Source of the DNA: a virus
DNA length: 64,000 nucleotides
Virus record (IMG/VR): IMGVR_UViG_3300027863_001119
Span: 32,001-96,000 of that record
Reading direction: 5' to 3' (one strand)
A model generated the notes under the pieces. It did not search any database, was not told where the DNA came from, and saw nothing but the letters and a program-made list of their open reading frames with translations. Shown piece after piece: positions 55,393 to 64,000 of the stretch. Each line of letters begins with the position of its first letter. The stretch's first letter is position 1. A program made the position numbers and the translations under genes.

Positions 55393-57996
55393 ATGTATGA
55401 TTTGAATTGTCAAAAATGTGAATTATATAAAAATAGGACACAAGTAGTTCCTTCAGTAATTGTTGAAGGTTCGGAGATATTCTTTATAGGAGAAGCTCCT
55501 GGAGTAGAAGAAGACAAGAAAGGCATTCCTTTTGTAGGAGATGCTGGAAATTTATTAAATGCGTGCTTAAGAGAGGTAGGTATTGATAGAGAGAAAGTTT
55601 CTATAGGAAATATTTGTGCATGTAGACCTCCAGATAATAGAGTTCCATTACCGAAAGAGGTTGAAAGCTGTTTTGAATTTTTAGAACAAGATATTTTAAG
55701 TTTAAAACCAAAAGTTATTGTTACTTTAGGTAATACTCCTCTTAAAAAGTTTTTAAAAGGAGTAGGGGGTATAACAAGAGTACATGGTAAGATATTTGAT
55801 TGTGAAGAATATAATTGTAAGATTATCCCATTATTTCATCCTGCTTATATACTTAGAAATCCTCAAGAAAGAACTAAATTTACTAATGATTTAAGAACTG
55901 TAAAAGATTTTTTGCAAGGTAAAATTAAAATAGAAAATGAATCTCCTGTTGATTATAAAGTTGTTACGAATTTAGCACAATTTGATTGGTTAGTTTCTCA
56001 ATTACACGAAAATGATTTGTGGGCTTTCGATATTGAGACCACTGGTTTAGATTTTATGAAAGATGAGATTTTTATACTTACATTTTCTTGGATGGAGAAT
56101 ACCGGAGTACTAATTGATTTAAGAATTTTAACACAAAAAATAGATAAAGATTATATTTTTGATAAGTTGAAAGAAGTTTTTGAAAATAATTCTAAAAAGA
56201 TTGCACATAATGGATCTTTTGATATTGAATTTCTTTTATCTCGAGGTATTATAGTTAATAATTATTATTGTGATACTATTTTGATGGATCACTTACTCGA
56301 TGAAAATAGTCCACATGGTTTGGAAGTTCTTTCAGAAAAGTACACAGATTTAGGAAGATATGATATTCCTCTTAATCAATATAAGTTACAAAATAAAATA
56401 TCTAATTATTCTGATATTCCAGGAGAAATTTTGTATCTATATGCTCTTAAAGATGTTGATTGTACTTTAAGATCTTATAACAAAATGTTACCTGAGATAT
56501 ATGAACAAAAACTTGATTTTGTATTGTTTGAGATAATGATGCCTATGCAGAGAATTTTGATTCAAACTGAATTTTGCGGGGTTAGTATAGATATTGATTA
56601 TTTAAATAAAACTATTGAGAAGTATGAAAAGAAAATGGAAGAGTATTTACAAAAAATTTATGAAGTACCTCAGGTAAAACAATTTGAATTAGAAAAGACT
56701 AATGAAAAAATAAAAGAACTATATGAAAAATGGGAAAGTTCTGCTTTTTTACAAAAAAGATTTCCTAATTTTGAAGATTATTTAGAGTTTAAGAAAGAGG
56801 AAACAAGATTTGTTTTTAACATTAATTCTCCTAAACAATTAAAAGAACTTCTTATAGAGAAGATGAAGTTACCTATAATAAAAACTACTGTTAAGAATAA
56901 TCCTAGTTTAGATGACGAAGTATTATTAGAGTATTCTAAAGCTAATAAGTTTTGCGAATACTTAGCAAAATATCGTACTTTGTCTCATCTTAAAAGTACT
57001 TTTCTTGATGGTATTAAGAAAAGATTAGTAGGAGATAAAGTTCATACAGATTATTTATTGTTTGGGACAGTTACTGGTAGACCGAGTTCTAGAAATCCTA
57101 ATTTAAATAACATTCCGCGTACTGGAACTGCAGAGGATATTAAAGATATTTTTTGTGCGGATCGTTATGAGGATGGAACGTCAGATTGGTTAGTAGAAGT
57201 AGACCAAGGTCAAGCAGAATTTAGAATATGGATTAATTACAGTAAAGATCCACAAGCTTTAAGAGATTTACAAAATGGAATAGATATTCATAAATTAATG
57301 GCAGCTGCTGCTTATAAAAAAGTGCCTATACCTAATAGAGATATTTCATACGAAGAATTTTTAGAAATTACGAAAGATGTTACAAAAGCAGAAAGACAAG
57401 ATACGAAGTTGATAATATTTGGAATAATGTATGGGAGAGGTGCGAAGAGTGTATCAGAACAATTAGGAGTTTCTCCTTCATTAGCTCAACGTATTATTGA
57501 TACTTTTTTTAATCGATATAAAGTAGCAAAGAAATGGCTTGCAGTAACCACCGCTTTAGCAAAGAGAGATGGATATGTTGTTAATTTATTTGGAAGAAGG
57601 AGGAGACTTTTAAATATAAATAGTTCGAATCAAGGTCTAAGAGCAGAAGCAGAAAGACAATCAATAAATAGCCCTATACAGAGTGCTGCTTCTGATTTAA
57701 CATTTTTGTCTTGCGTAAAAGTATTTAGAGAGATAAGAAAAAGAAGCTTGAGATCAAGACTTGTCTTAACTGTATATGATTCTTTAGTATTTAATGTTCC
57801 AGATGATGAATTAGAATTCGTTTCTAAACTTTTGTATAATAAAATGTTGAATCCCGAAGTTTCTGATTTAATTGTTCCTTTATCTCCAGAAATTAAAATA
57901 GGAAAATCTTGGGGGTCTTTAGTTGAGGTAGATTTAACTAAAGATTGGAGCATTATTAGAGAAATGTTAAGAGAAAAGTTTGAATTTCATAAATAA
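55393..57996 (+). CDS. polA: Family A DNA polymerase with N-terminal family-4 uracil-DNA glycosylase domain and 3'-5' exonuclease
   Basis: C..C.L..R, GEAPG..ED, CRPP.NR, HPAY.LRNP (UDG4); DIET, HN..FD, YA..D (exonuclease); TGR.SS..PNL.NIP, motifs A/B/C. Confidence 0.93.
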   Translation: MYDLNCQKCELYKNRTQVVPSVIVEGSEIFFIGEAPGVEEDKKGIPFVGDAGNLLNACLREVGIDREKVSIGNICACRPPDNRVPLPKEVESCFEFLEQDILSLKPKVIVTLGNTPLKKFLKGVGGITRVHGKIFDCEEYNCKIIPLFHPAYILRNPQERTKFTNDLRTVKDFLQGKIKIENESPVDYKVVTNLAQFDWLVSQLHENDLWAFDIETTGLDFMKDEIFILTFSWMENTGVLIDLRILTQKIDKDYIFDKLKEVFENNSKKIAHNGSFDIEFLLSRGIIVNNYYCDTILMDHLLDENSPHGLEVLSEKYTDLGRYDIPLNQYKLQNKISNYSDIPGEILYLYALKDVDCTLRSYNKMLPEIYEQKLDFVLFEIMMPMQRILIQTEFCGVSIDIDYLNKTIEKYEKKMEEYLQKIYEVPQVKQFELEKTNEKIKELYEKWESSAFLQKRFPNFEDYLEFKKEETRFVFNINSPKQLKELLIEKMKLPIIKTTVKNNPSLDDEVLLEYSKANKFCEYLAKYRTLSHLKSTFLDGIKKRLVGDKVHTDYLLFGTVTGRPSSRNPNLNNIPRTGTAEDIKDIFCADRYEDGTSDWLVEVDQGQAEFRIWINYSKDPQALRDLQNGIDIHKLMAAAAYKKVPIPNRDISYEEFLEITKDVTKAERQDTKLIIFGIMYGRGAKSVSEQLGVSPSLAQRIIDTFFNRYKVAKKWLAVTTALAKRDGYVVNLFGRRRRLLNINSSNQGLRAEAERQSINSPIQSAASDLTFLSCVKVFREIRKRSLRSRLVLTVYDSLVFNVPDDELEFVSKLLYNKMLNPEVSDLIVPLSPEIKIGKSWGSLVEVDLTKDWSIIREMLREKFEFHK

Positions 57997-58024
57997 CTTA
58001 TTTTTATTAATAAATTAAAGGAGA

Positions 58025-58534
58025 ATGACTATGGGAAAAATAACAGTAGGAGAAAGGAAGAACATTTTACAGAAAGATGTTAAGCCTTCTCAGACAGAGT
58101 TAAAAAATGATGCTTTTTTAGAGGAAAAAGCCAAAGCAACTAACTCAGATTTAGATGATATTTATTTAGATGATGAAGTTATAGATGATGAAGTTATAGA
58201 TGAAGATGATGTAGATAATTATTTAGACGATGATGATGAAGATGTAGAAGAAATGGAAGAGTATAAAAATCAATTTTCTAATACTACAACAACTGAATTT
58301 GAAAGTAAGATAGAGGTTCCGTCCTCGAGCAGTTTTTCTTTATCCATTGAGGAGCTTAAAGAGTTTATTTTTAATACTGCTGGGTCTTTTTATGCTACTT
58401 ATGTTTCTCATTTTCATCCTTCTCAATTAGCTAAAGGAGGAGATTCTATTAGAAGAGATGCAGCTAAAGAGATTATTGCTTTTTCTAAAATTCTTTTAGA
58501 AGAATTATCTAAAGAAATGAGAAACAAAAAATAA
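58025..58534 (+). CDS. Hypothetical protein with long acidic tract
   Basis: AGGAG SD; DLDDIYLDDEVIDDEVIDEDDVDNYLDDDDED. Confidence 0.55.
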   Translation: MTMGKITVGERKNILQKDVKPSQTELKNDAFLEEKAKATNSDLDDIYLDDEVIDDEVIDEDDVDNYLDDDDEDVEEMEEYKNQFSNTTTTEFESKIEVPSSSSFSLSIEELKEFIFNTAGSFYATYVSHFHPSQLAKGGDSIRRDAAKEIIAFSKILLEELSKEMRNKK

Positions 58535-58576
58535 TAGTTTGTTTAGTTTTTAATAAATTAAGGAGAAATCTTTGTT

Positions 58577-60214
58577 ATGAAACAAAGAAATATTGTTTAT
58601 GAAGATGCTCTAATTAAGTTGAAAAAAGGTGTAGATTATTTAGCAAATATTGTAAAATGTACTTTAGGACCTAAAGGCAATAATGTAATTATAGAAAGAC
58701 CCGGATTATCTCCCTTGATTACTAAAGATGGGGTTACTGTTGCAAAAGAAGTGTTTGTTAAAGATGGAATTGAAAATTTAGGAGCTCAGATCGTTAAAGA
58801 AGCTGCATTAAAAACTAATGAAATAGCAGGAGATGGAACTACAACCGCAACAGTATTGTCCCATTCTTTGATTACTTATGGTATTAAGAATATAGTAGCT
58901 GGTGCGAATCCTATAGATTTGAAAAGAGGTATGGATATTGGAGTAAAGATGGTAGTGAGTCGTTTGCAAGAAATTTCTCGAAAAATAGAAAGTAGAGAAG
59001 ACTTAATTAATGTTGCTAGTATATCCGCAAACAATGATTATGAGATAGGAGAAATTATTACAGATGCTATTGAAAAAGCGGGAGAAGATGGAGTTGTAAT
59101 TGTAGAAGAGAGTAAAGGACCTCAAACTATCATAGATGTTGCGGAGGGAATGCAGTTTGATCGAGGATATAAATCAATAGGATTTATTAATAAAAAAGAT
59201 AGTATGGAAGTAGAATTAAAAAATTGTTATATATTGATATATAATGATATTCTTAATAATATGTACTTAAAACAAATAATGGAAGAGGTGTATCATAAAG
59301 GAAATTCTTCTTTATTAGTAATTGCAAATGATTTTAGTGATGACATACTCAAATTATTATTGTTGAATAGTGTTAAAGGGGTTTTGAATTGTTGTGCAGT
59401 ATTATCTCCTGGATATGGAGACAGAAGAACAGACTTGCTTAATGATATCGCTGTTTTTACTGGAGGGACTGTGTTTGGAGATGTTGTTCCTATAACTCAA
59501 GCTACTACTTCTATTTTAGGGAAAGCAGAAAAAGTTGTTGTTAGTAAAGATAGAACTATTATTTTCGGAGGAAAAGGAGATCCAAAAAAGATTCAAGAAA
59601 CTATTGAACAAATAAAGACACAAATTAATAACACGGAAATAGAATATGATAAACAAAAATTAAGAGAGAGATTAGGTAAGTTAACAGGAGGCATTGTTGT
59701 ATTAAGAGTAGGTGCATTTACAGAAACTGAATTAAAAGAAAAGAAAATGCGGATAGAAGATGCATTACATGCAACGTCCGCGGCATTAGAAGAAGGTATT
59801 GTCGCAGGAGGCGGGGTAGCTTTGTTAAGAGCAAGAGAAGTTTTGAAAGATTTAAGTGACGTAAAGTTTGTTAAAGGAAGCATTGAGGATCAAAAAATAG
59901 GGATAAATATTTTGTATAATTCTTTAGAGATTCCTTTTCTAAGTATATGTGAGAATGCAGGATTAAAAGGAGATGCGATTTTAAAAGAAGTTTTAGACTC
60001 TAAAAATATAAATTTTGGGTATGATGTTTTGAATAATACTTTTGGGGATTTATTTGAAATAGGAGTGATTGATCCTGTAAAAGTAACAAGACTTTCTTTA
60101 GAAAACGCAGTTTCTGTTGCGGGTATGTTTTTGACTACTAAAGGTATTATATCTTTATCAGACGAAGAGAAAGATTATATTGATAGACTTTTTACTCAGT
60201 CAGCGCAATCTTGA
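58577..60214 (+). CDS. groL: Chaperonin GroEL-like
   Basis: TLGPKG.NV, ITKDGVTVAKE, GDGTTTATVL, EGMQFDRGY, GGGVAL, DP.KVTR. Confidence 0.95.
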   Translation: MKQRNIVYEDALIKLKKGVDYLANIVKCTLGPKGNNVIIERPGLSPLITKDGVTVAKEVFVKDGIENLGAQIVKEAALKTNEIAGDGTTTATVLSHSLITYGIKNIVAGANPIDLKRGMDIGVKMVVSRLQEISRKIESREDLINVASISANNDYEIGEIITDAIEKAGEDGVVIVEESKGPQTIIDVAEGMQFDRGYKSIGFINKKDSMEVELKNCYILIYNDILNNMYLKQIMEEVYHKGNSSLLVIANDFSDDILKLLLLNSVKGVLNCCAVLSPGYGDRRTDLLNDIAVFTGGTVFGDVVPITQATTSILGKAEKVVVSKDRTIIFGGKGDPKKIQETIEQIKTQINNTEIEYDKQKLRERLGKLTGGIVVLRVGAFTETELKEKKMRIEDALHATSAALEEGIVAGGGVALLRAREVLKDLSDVKFVKGSIEDQKIGINILYNSLEIPFLSICENAGLKGDAILKEVLDSKNINFGYDVLNNTFGDLFEIGVIDPVKVTRLSLENAVSVAGMFLTTKGIISLSDEEKDYIDRLFTQSAQS

Positions 60215-60235
60215 TTTTATATTCAGAGACATACT

Positions 60236-61036
60236 ATGAATTTGGATGCTTTATTTAAACATTATAAAGATGCTGTTTTATCTTTGAATCATTTAGCGAA
60301 TTTTTATAGGAAGTCTCTCTTTCACAGTCAAAAAGGATTAGATTATTGTAGTAAAAGGGGAATTGATAGTAATATGATTGATAAATTTTTGATTGGTTAT
60401 GATCCTGGAATTGTATACAATAAGAACTTTTTTGAGACTTATCAAATAGATCCAATTCTTTTAGAAAGAATAGGAGTTTTGAAAAAAAATAATGATAATG
60501 TTTATCATAGTTTTTTTTCTCATCATTTAATTTTTCCTATTTTTGATTTAAAGGGAAATGTAATAGCAATATGTGGTAGAACATTAGATAATTCTTTACC
60601 AAAATATCGTATGACTAAAACTTCTGAAATTTTTCAAAAATCTTTATCTTTATATGGTTTATATCAGTCTTTAAATTCTATTATCAAATACAGAACCGTA
60701 TTTGTTGTAGAGGGCAATGTAGATGTAATTTCTTGTTATAAAGCAGGTATTCATATTGTAGTGTCTCCTTTTGGAACGTCTTTTATGTATACTCATTTTT
60801 TATTGTTGAAAACTTTTGCAGATTACTTTATTTTTTGTTTTGATAATGATGATGCAGGAAGAAAAGCCAAACAAAAAGTTATAGAAATGTCCAAACGTTT
60901 AGATAATATTAAATTAGGTTTTCTAGATTTAGAGGGGGCAAAAGATCCCGATGAGTTTATTTATGCACATTCATCCCACCCTCAAATGTTGATAAATAGT
61001 ATCAAAGATATGAGAGATCAAATGAGCTTATCGTAG
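60236..61036 (+). CDS. dnaG: DnaG-like primase catalytic core (no zinc finger)
   Basis: IFPI...G...GR...PKY, LYGL, VVEG.VDV, GT, FDNDDAG..A, KDPDE. Confidence 0.85.
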   Translation: MNLDALFKHYKDAVLSLNHLANFYRKSLFHSQKGLDYCSKRGIDSNMIDKFLIGYDPGIVYNKNFFETYQIDPILLERIGVLKKNNDNVYHSFFSHHLIFPIFDLKGNVIAICGRTLDNSLPKYRMTKTSEIFQKSLSLYGLYQSLNSIIKYRTVFVVEGNVDVISCYKAGIHIVVSPFGTSFMYTHFLLLKTFADYFIFCFDNDDAGRKAKQKVIEMSKRLDNIKLGFLDLEGAKDPDEFIYAHSSHPQMLINSIKDMRDQMSLS

Positions 61037-61133
61037 TTTATTTGTTTTATGTTGTTAAAATTTAAGGATTAAAGTTGATGAAAAAAATTAAATTTTATAT
61101 AGAAGGAAAGTTAGTAATTAGCGAGGTGATTTA

Positions 61134-61979
61134 ATGATTTTAAAAAAGCAAAGAAATCTTAAAAAAGAAGATTTTTACTACGATATAGTTGAGATTCCTA
61201 TAATTGTTTCTTTTCAAGAAAAGATACAAGAATGTTTAGGAAATATACTTGTAAGAAAGAATTCTTTATTAGAAAACCCAACAGCAGATGTTTTAACTAT
61301 AGTATCTTCAAATTATAAAGTAATTCTTCACAAAGATTTTGTTGAAACTGTGGAGAATACTCTTTTTAAAGAGGGATTAAAATATGAAGTTTATGATATA
61401 AATGAAGGGGGTAAAAATAATAATAGGTTATTTATTAATTATATACTTCCTTCATATAAGTTTAGTATTAGGAATGATACATGGGTTCCTTTTGTGCAAG
61501 GTTATAATTGTTATGATAAATTTATGTCATATGGATTAGGGATAGGATTATATAATTTGAATTATGAAAGTGCTTTTTTAATATCTGGTAATGTTTTAAC
61601 TTATAAGAAGAAGCATGTAAAAAGAAGTGGAGTTAATTTAGAGTTTGATATGATAAAAGTATCTGAGTGGATCTCGAGTATTGGGAAAGTAAGAAGAGCG
61701 TTAGGTTTATTATATGAGTCTTCTCTAAATACACAAGAAGATGTTGTTTTTTTGATAAAAGGTGTATTAGGAAATAGGAAACATTTTAATATTTTTCAGT
61801 CGAATCATATCTTTGAGCGGTTTGTAGTTGAATATGGGTTTACGTATTATTCTCTTTTGTTATCTTTGATGTATTATGTGACACATGCATATTTTTTTAT
61901 TTTAAAAAAGAGGAGTTATGATGAATCTAGAAACAAACAATTATTATTGTATAATAAATTTATAAAAGATAAGGTTTAG
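61134..61979 (+). CDS. DUF932-like phage protein
   Basis: VL.IVS.NY..I.H, GG, N.YD..S pattern. Confidence 0.5.
   Translation: MILKKQRNLKKEDFYYDIVEIPIIVSFQEKIQECLGNILVRKNSLLENPTADVLTIVSSNYKVILHKDFVETVENTLFKEGLKYEVYDINEGGKNNNRLFINYILPSYKFSIRNDTWVPFVQGYNCYDKFMSYGLGIGLYNLNYESAFLISGNVLTYKKKHVKRSGVNLEFDMIKVSEWISSIGKVRRALGLLYESSLNTQEDVVFLIKGVLGNRKHFNIFQSNHIFERFVVEYGFTYYSLLLSLMYYVTHAYFFILKKRSYDESRNKQLLLYNKFIKDKV
61947..61956 (+). promoter_or_regulatory. Candidate phage promoter motif TTGTATWATA
   Basis: TTGTATAATA about 29 bp upstream of the ATG at 61985. Confidence 0.35.
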
Positions 61980-61984
61980 TACAA

Positions 61985-62320
61985 ATGGATGTATATTATA
62001 TAAAAGTTGGTAAAAGATATAAACCCGCAGGATTAAGTATACCCGATTTGTTTGAAGGTATTTGGTATGTTTCTTTTCAAGGAAATTCTAAAAGAGTCCA
62101 AAACGTAGTTGCGTATAGTAAAGATGTTCCGATTATTGATATTAGTAAAGAAATTACAAAAATTGAACTTGTTGAGATAATTTATAGTTATATAGTAAAA
62201 ATTTTTACTAGTTGTTCTTCTATTTGCTCTTCTACTTTACACGATTTTGCAGAAGAAATAGCAGAAGAAATTTTAAAAAAGGTAACTAAGAAAAAACATA
62301 ATAAAGAGGTAAAATTATGA
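61985..62320 (+). CDS. Hypothetical protein
   Basis: 111-aa ORF, ATGA overlap with recA. Confidence 0.5.
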   Translation: MDVYYIKVGKRYKPAGLSIPDLFEGIWYVSFQGNSKRVQNVVAYSKDVPIIDISKEITKIELVEIIYSYIVKIFTSCSSICSSTLHDFAEEIAEEILKKVTKKKHNKEVKL

Positions 62321-63375
62321 CAGATGTAAACAGAATAAAAATTTTGAATGATACTATTGCTTCTATTGAAAAAATGTTTGGGAAAGGTTCCATAATGAGG
62401 TTAGGAGAATCAAAAATAGAAAAAATTGAATCAATTTCTACTGGATGTATTTCTCTTGATTATGCTTTAGGAGTAGGAGGCATTCCAAGAGGTAGAATTA
62501 TTGAAATTTTTGGTCCTCAAAGTGGAGGTAAAACAACAATAAGCTTACATATTTTAGCAGAGTGTCAAAAATCAGGAGGGGTGGCTGCTTTTATAGATGC
62601 GGAACATTCTTTAAGTGTAGATTATGCAAAATCTATTGGAGTAAATGTTGATAGTTTATTACTATCCCAACCAGATTATGGAGAACAAGCTCTCGAAATT
62701 GTAGAAGCTTTGATTAGATCAGGCGCAATTGACGCAATTGTTGTAGATAGCGTTGCAGCGTTGACTCCAAAAGACGAATTAGAAGGAAATATGGGTGATT
62801 TACAAGTCGCATTACAAGCACGATTAATGTCTCAAGCTTTAAGAAAACTAGTTGCTTTGACTTCTAAGAGTAAAGCTTGTTTAATATTTATTAATCAACT
62901 TAGAGATAATATTGGACAAATGTGGGGTAATGCAGAAGTTACTCCTGGAGGTAATGCGCTTAAGTTTTATTCTTCTATAAGAATTGATGTTAGAAGAATT
63001 TCTAGTATTAAACAAGGAGATTCAGTATTAGGTAATAAAACAAGAATTAAAATTGTTAAGAATAAAGTAGCTCCTCCTTTTAAAGAGATTACTGTAGATA
63101 TTATTTTCGGTAAAGGTATAGATTATATACAAGATATTATTGATTTATCTATTTCTTATGATTTAATAAAAAAGATAGGAGGAGGGTGGTATATTTTTAA
63201 AGATAAAAAAGTACAAGGTAGTTCTTTTAAGAAGTATTTAGAAGAAAATCCTCAAGACTTAGATCAATTAAAATCTGAATTAATTAATAAGATAGAATCT
63301 TCCAGAATTCCTAAAAAAGATGCAATTGAAGTTTCAGAAGATCATCAGAAGGAGGTAAATGATGTCGAAGATTAA
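62317..63375 (+). CDS. recA: Recombinase RecA
   Basis: [55 protein letters not shown]. Confidence 0.96.
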   Translation: MTDVNRIKILNDTIASIEKMFGKGSIMRLGESKIEKIESISTGCISLDYALGVGGIPRGRIIEIFGPQSGGKTTISLHILAECQKSGGVAAFIDAEHSLSVDYAKSIGVNVDSLLLSQPDYGEQALEIVEALIRSGAIDAIVVDSVAALTPKDELEGNMGDLQVALQARLMSQALRKLVALTSKSKACLIFINQLRDNIGQMWGNAEVTPGGNALKFYSSIRIDVRRISSIKQGDSVLGNKTRIKIVKNKVAPPFKEITVDIIFGKGIDYIQDIIDLSISYDLIKKIGGGWYIFKDKKVQGSSFKKYLEENPQDLDQLKSELINKIESSRIPKKDAIEVSEDHQKEVNDVED

Positions 63376-63952
63376 ACTATCAGAGAATTTTGTAAAGGAA
63401 ATTAATTATCCTATTAAAGAATATGAAGAAGATCTTGTCTTTTTAATAAAAGAAATACAAGAAAGACAGAGTATGATTTATAAAGTTCCATATGAAGAAC
63501 TAGACGAGATTAACGTGGTTTTAGATTCAGTTCCAGAAGAAAGTATTGATAAGTTTAATGAGAAGTACTCTTATATTCAAGCTTGTTATAATAGAGTATC
63601 TTATATTTTAATGCAAGTAAAGAAAGAAATGAAGATATGGAATTACTTTAGAAATAGAGTTAATACATTGTATAGAAAAGCGAAAAATTTATTATTAGTT
63701 AATAATCCAGATATTAAAAATTTGAGGAATAAAGAATTACAAGAAGCAGCAATACAATCAGAACTAAGCGCATTAGTAGACTTAGTAGAAGGTTTAGACT
63801 CGATTATGGAAGATTTAAAGTTTGATTCTGATATTGTAACTCTTAAATTAGATACATTAGATAAAGCAAATTTGAATCTTAATAGACAACAAAAAATTGT
63901 AGAAAATGAAATTATGTTAGGTATGATTCCCGGAGTACGACAAAAAGAATAA
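63359..63952 (+). CDS. Helical hypothetical protein (possible recombination mediator)
   Basis: GGAGG SD; coiled-coil character; overlaps the end of recA. Confidence 0.45.
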   Translation: MMSKIKLSENFVKEINYPIKEYEEDLVFLIKEIQERQSMIYKVPYEELDEINVVLDSVPEESIDKFNEKYSYIQACYNRVSYILMQVKKEMKIWNYFRNRVNTLYRKAKNLLLVNNPDIKNLRNKELQEAAIQSELSALVDLVEGLDSIMEDLKFDSDIVTLKLDTLDKANLNLNRQQKIVENEIMLGMIPGVRQKE

Positions 63953-63959
63953 GACAAAT

Positions 63960-63969
63960 TTGTATAATA
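63960..63969 (+). promoter_or_regulatory. Candidate phage promoter motif TTGTATWATA
   Basis: TTGTATAATA just after the last stop codon. Confidence 0.45.
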
Positions 63970-64000
63970 TATTTTAAATAATTTTTTAGAAATCAAAATA

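Noticed and set aside
38235-63375. Inteins or introns in nrdJ, dnaB, polA or recA
   Set aside because: Lengths are normal, with no intein splice motifs or homing endonuclease; the ~35-aa insert in NrdJ is too short and lacks splice residues
1234-63996. Short minus-strand and nested ORFs in the ORF track (e.g. 9666-9989, 28096-28416, 57630-57953, 63643-63996, 20472-20720, 48083-48382)
   Set aside because: They overlap well-supported + strand genes, lack recognisable motifs and look like shadow ORFs
1-64000. Stop-codon reassignment, as in some large phages
   Set aside because: Standard code gives full-length, tightly packed genes, and TAA, TGA and TAG all occur at ends of conserved genes
1-64000. 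tRNA or rRNA genes
   Set aside because: No cloverleaf or T-loop signature seen in the few intergenic gaps; not verified with tRNAscan

Overview
A 64-kb segment of a large, AT-rich, contractile-tailed (myovirus-type) dsDNA phage genome. Every credible gene is on the + strand. 1-24.7 kb is a tail/baseplate module: the end of a probable tape-measure gene, baseplate hub, spike, gp25-like and J-like wedge proteins, two Kelch-propeller proteins, a fibre with ~35 x 25-aa coiled-coil repeats, and two signal-peptide proteins. 24.7-37.5 kb is a glycosylation island of about 8 glycosyltransferase genes plus GDP-fucose synthesis, interrupted by a structured 460-bp non-coding region. 37.5-64 kb encodes sigma factors, class II ribonucleotide reductase, helicases, a split primase, a UDG-PolA fusion, GroEL and RecA, interleaved with a 7-deazaguanine DNA-modification pathway (FolE2, QueE, QueC, GATase, ArcS-like, DpdA-like). 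That pathway carries extra enzymes: class III aminotransferase, PHP phosphoesterase, P-loop kinase, MT-A70 methylase and a catalytically dead FolE2 paralogue. Leading hypotheses: (i) a two-route virion glycosylation system, with secreted tail-module proteins rich in FCB-group D-S/T-[AILVMT] O-glycosylation sequons and cytoplasmic structural proteins rich in S/T-G-S motifs beside phage glycosyltransferases; (ii) a possibly new 7-deazaguanine hypermodification. All calls come from motif recognition by eye; no searches were run.
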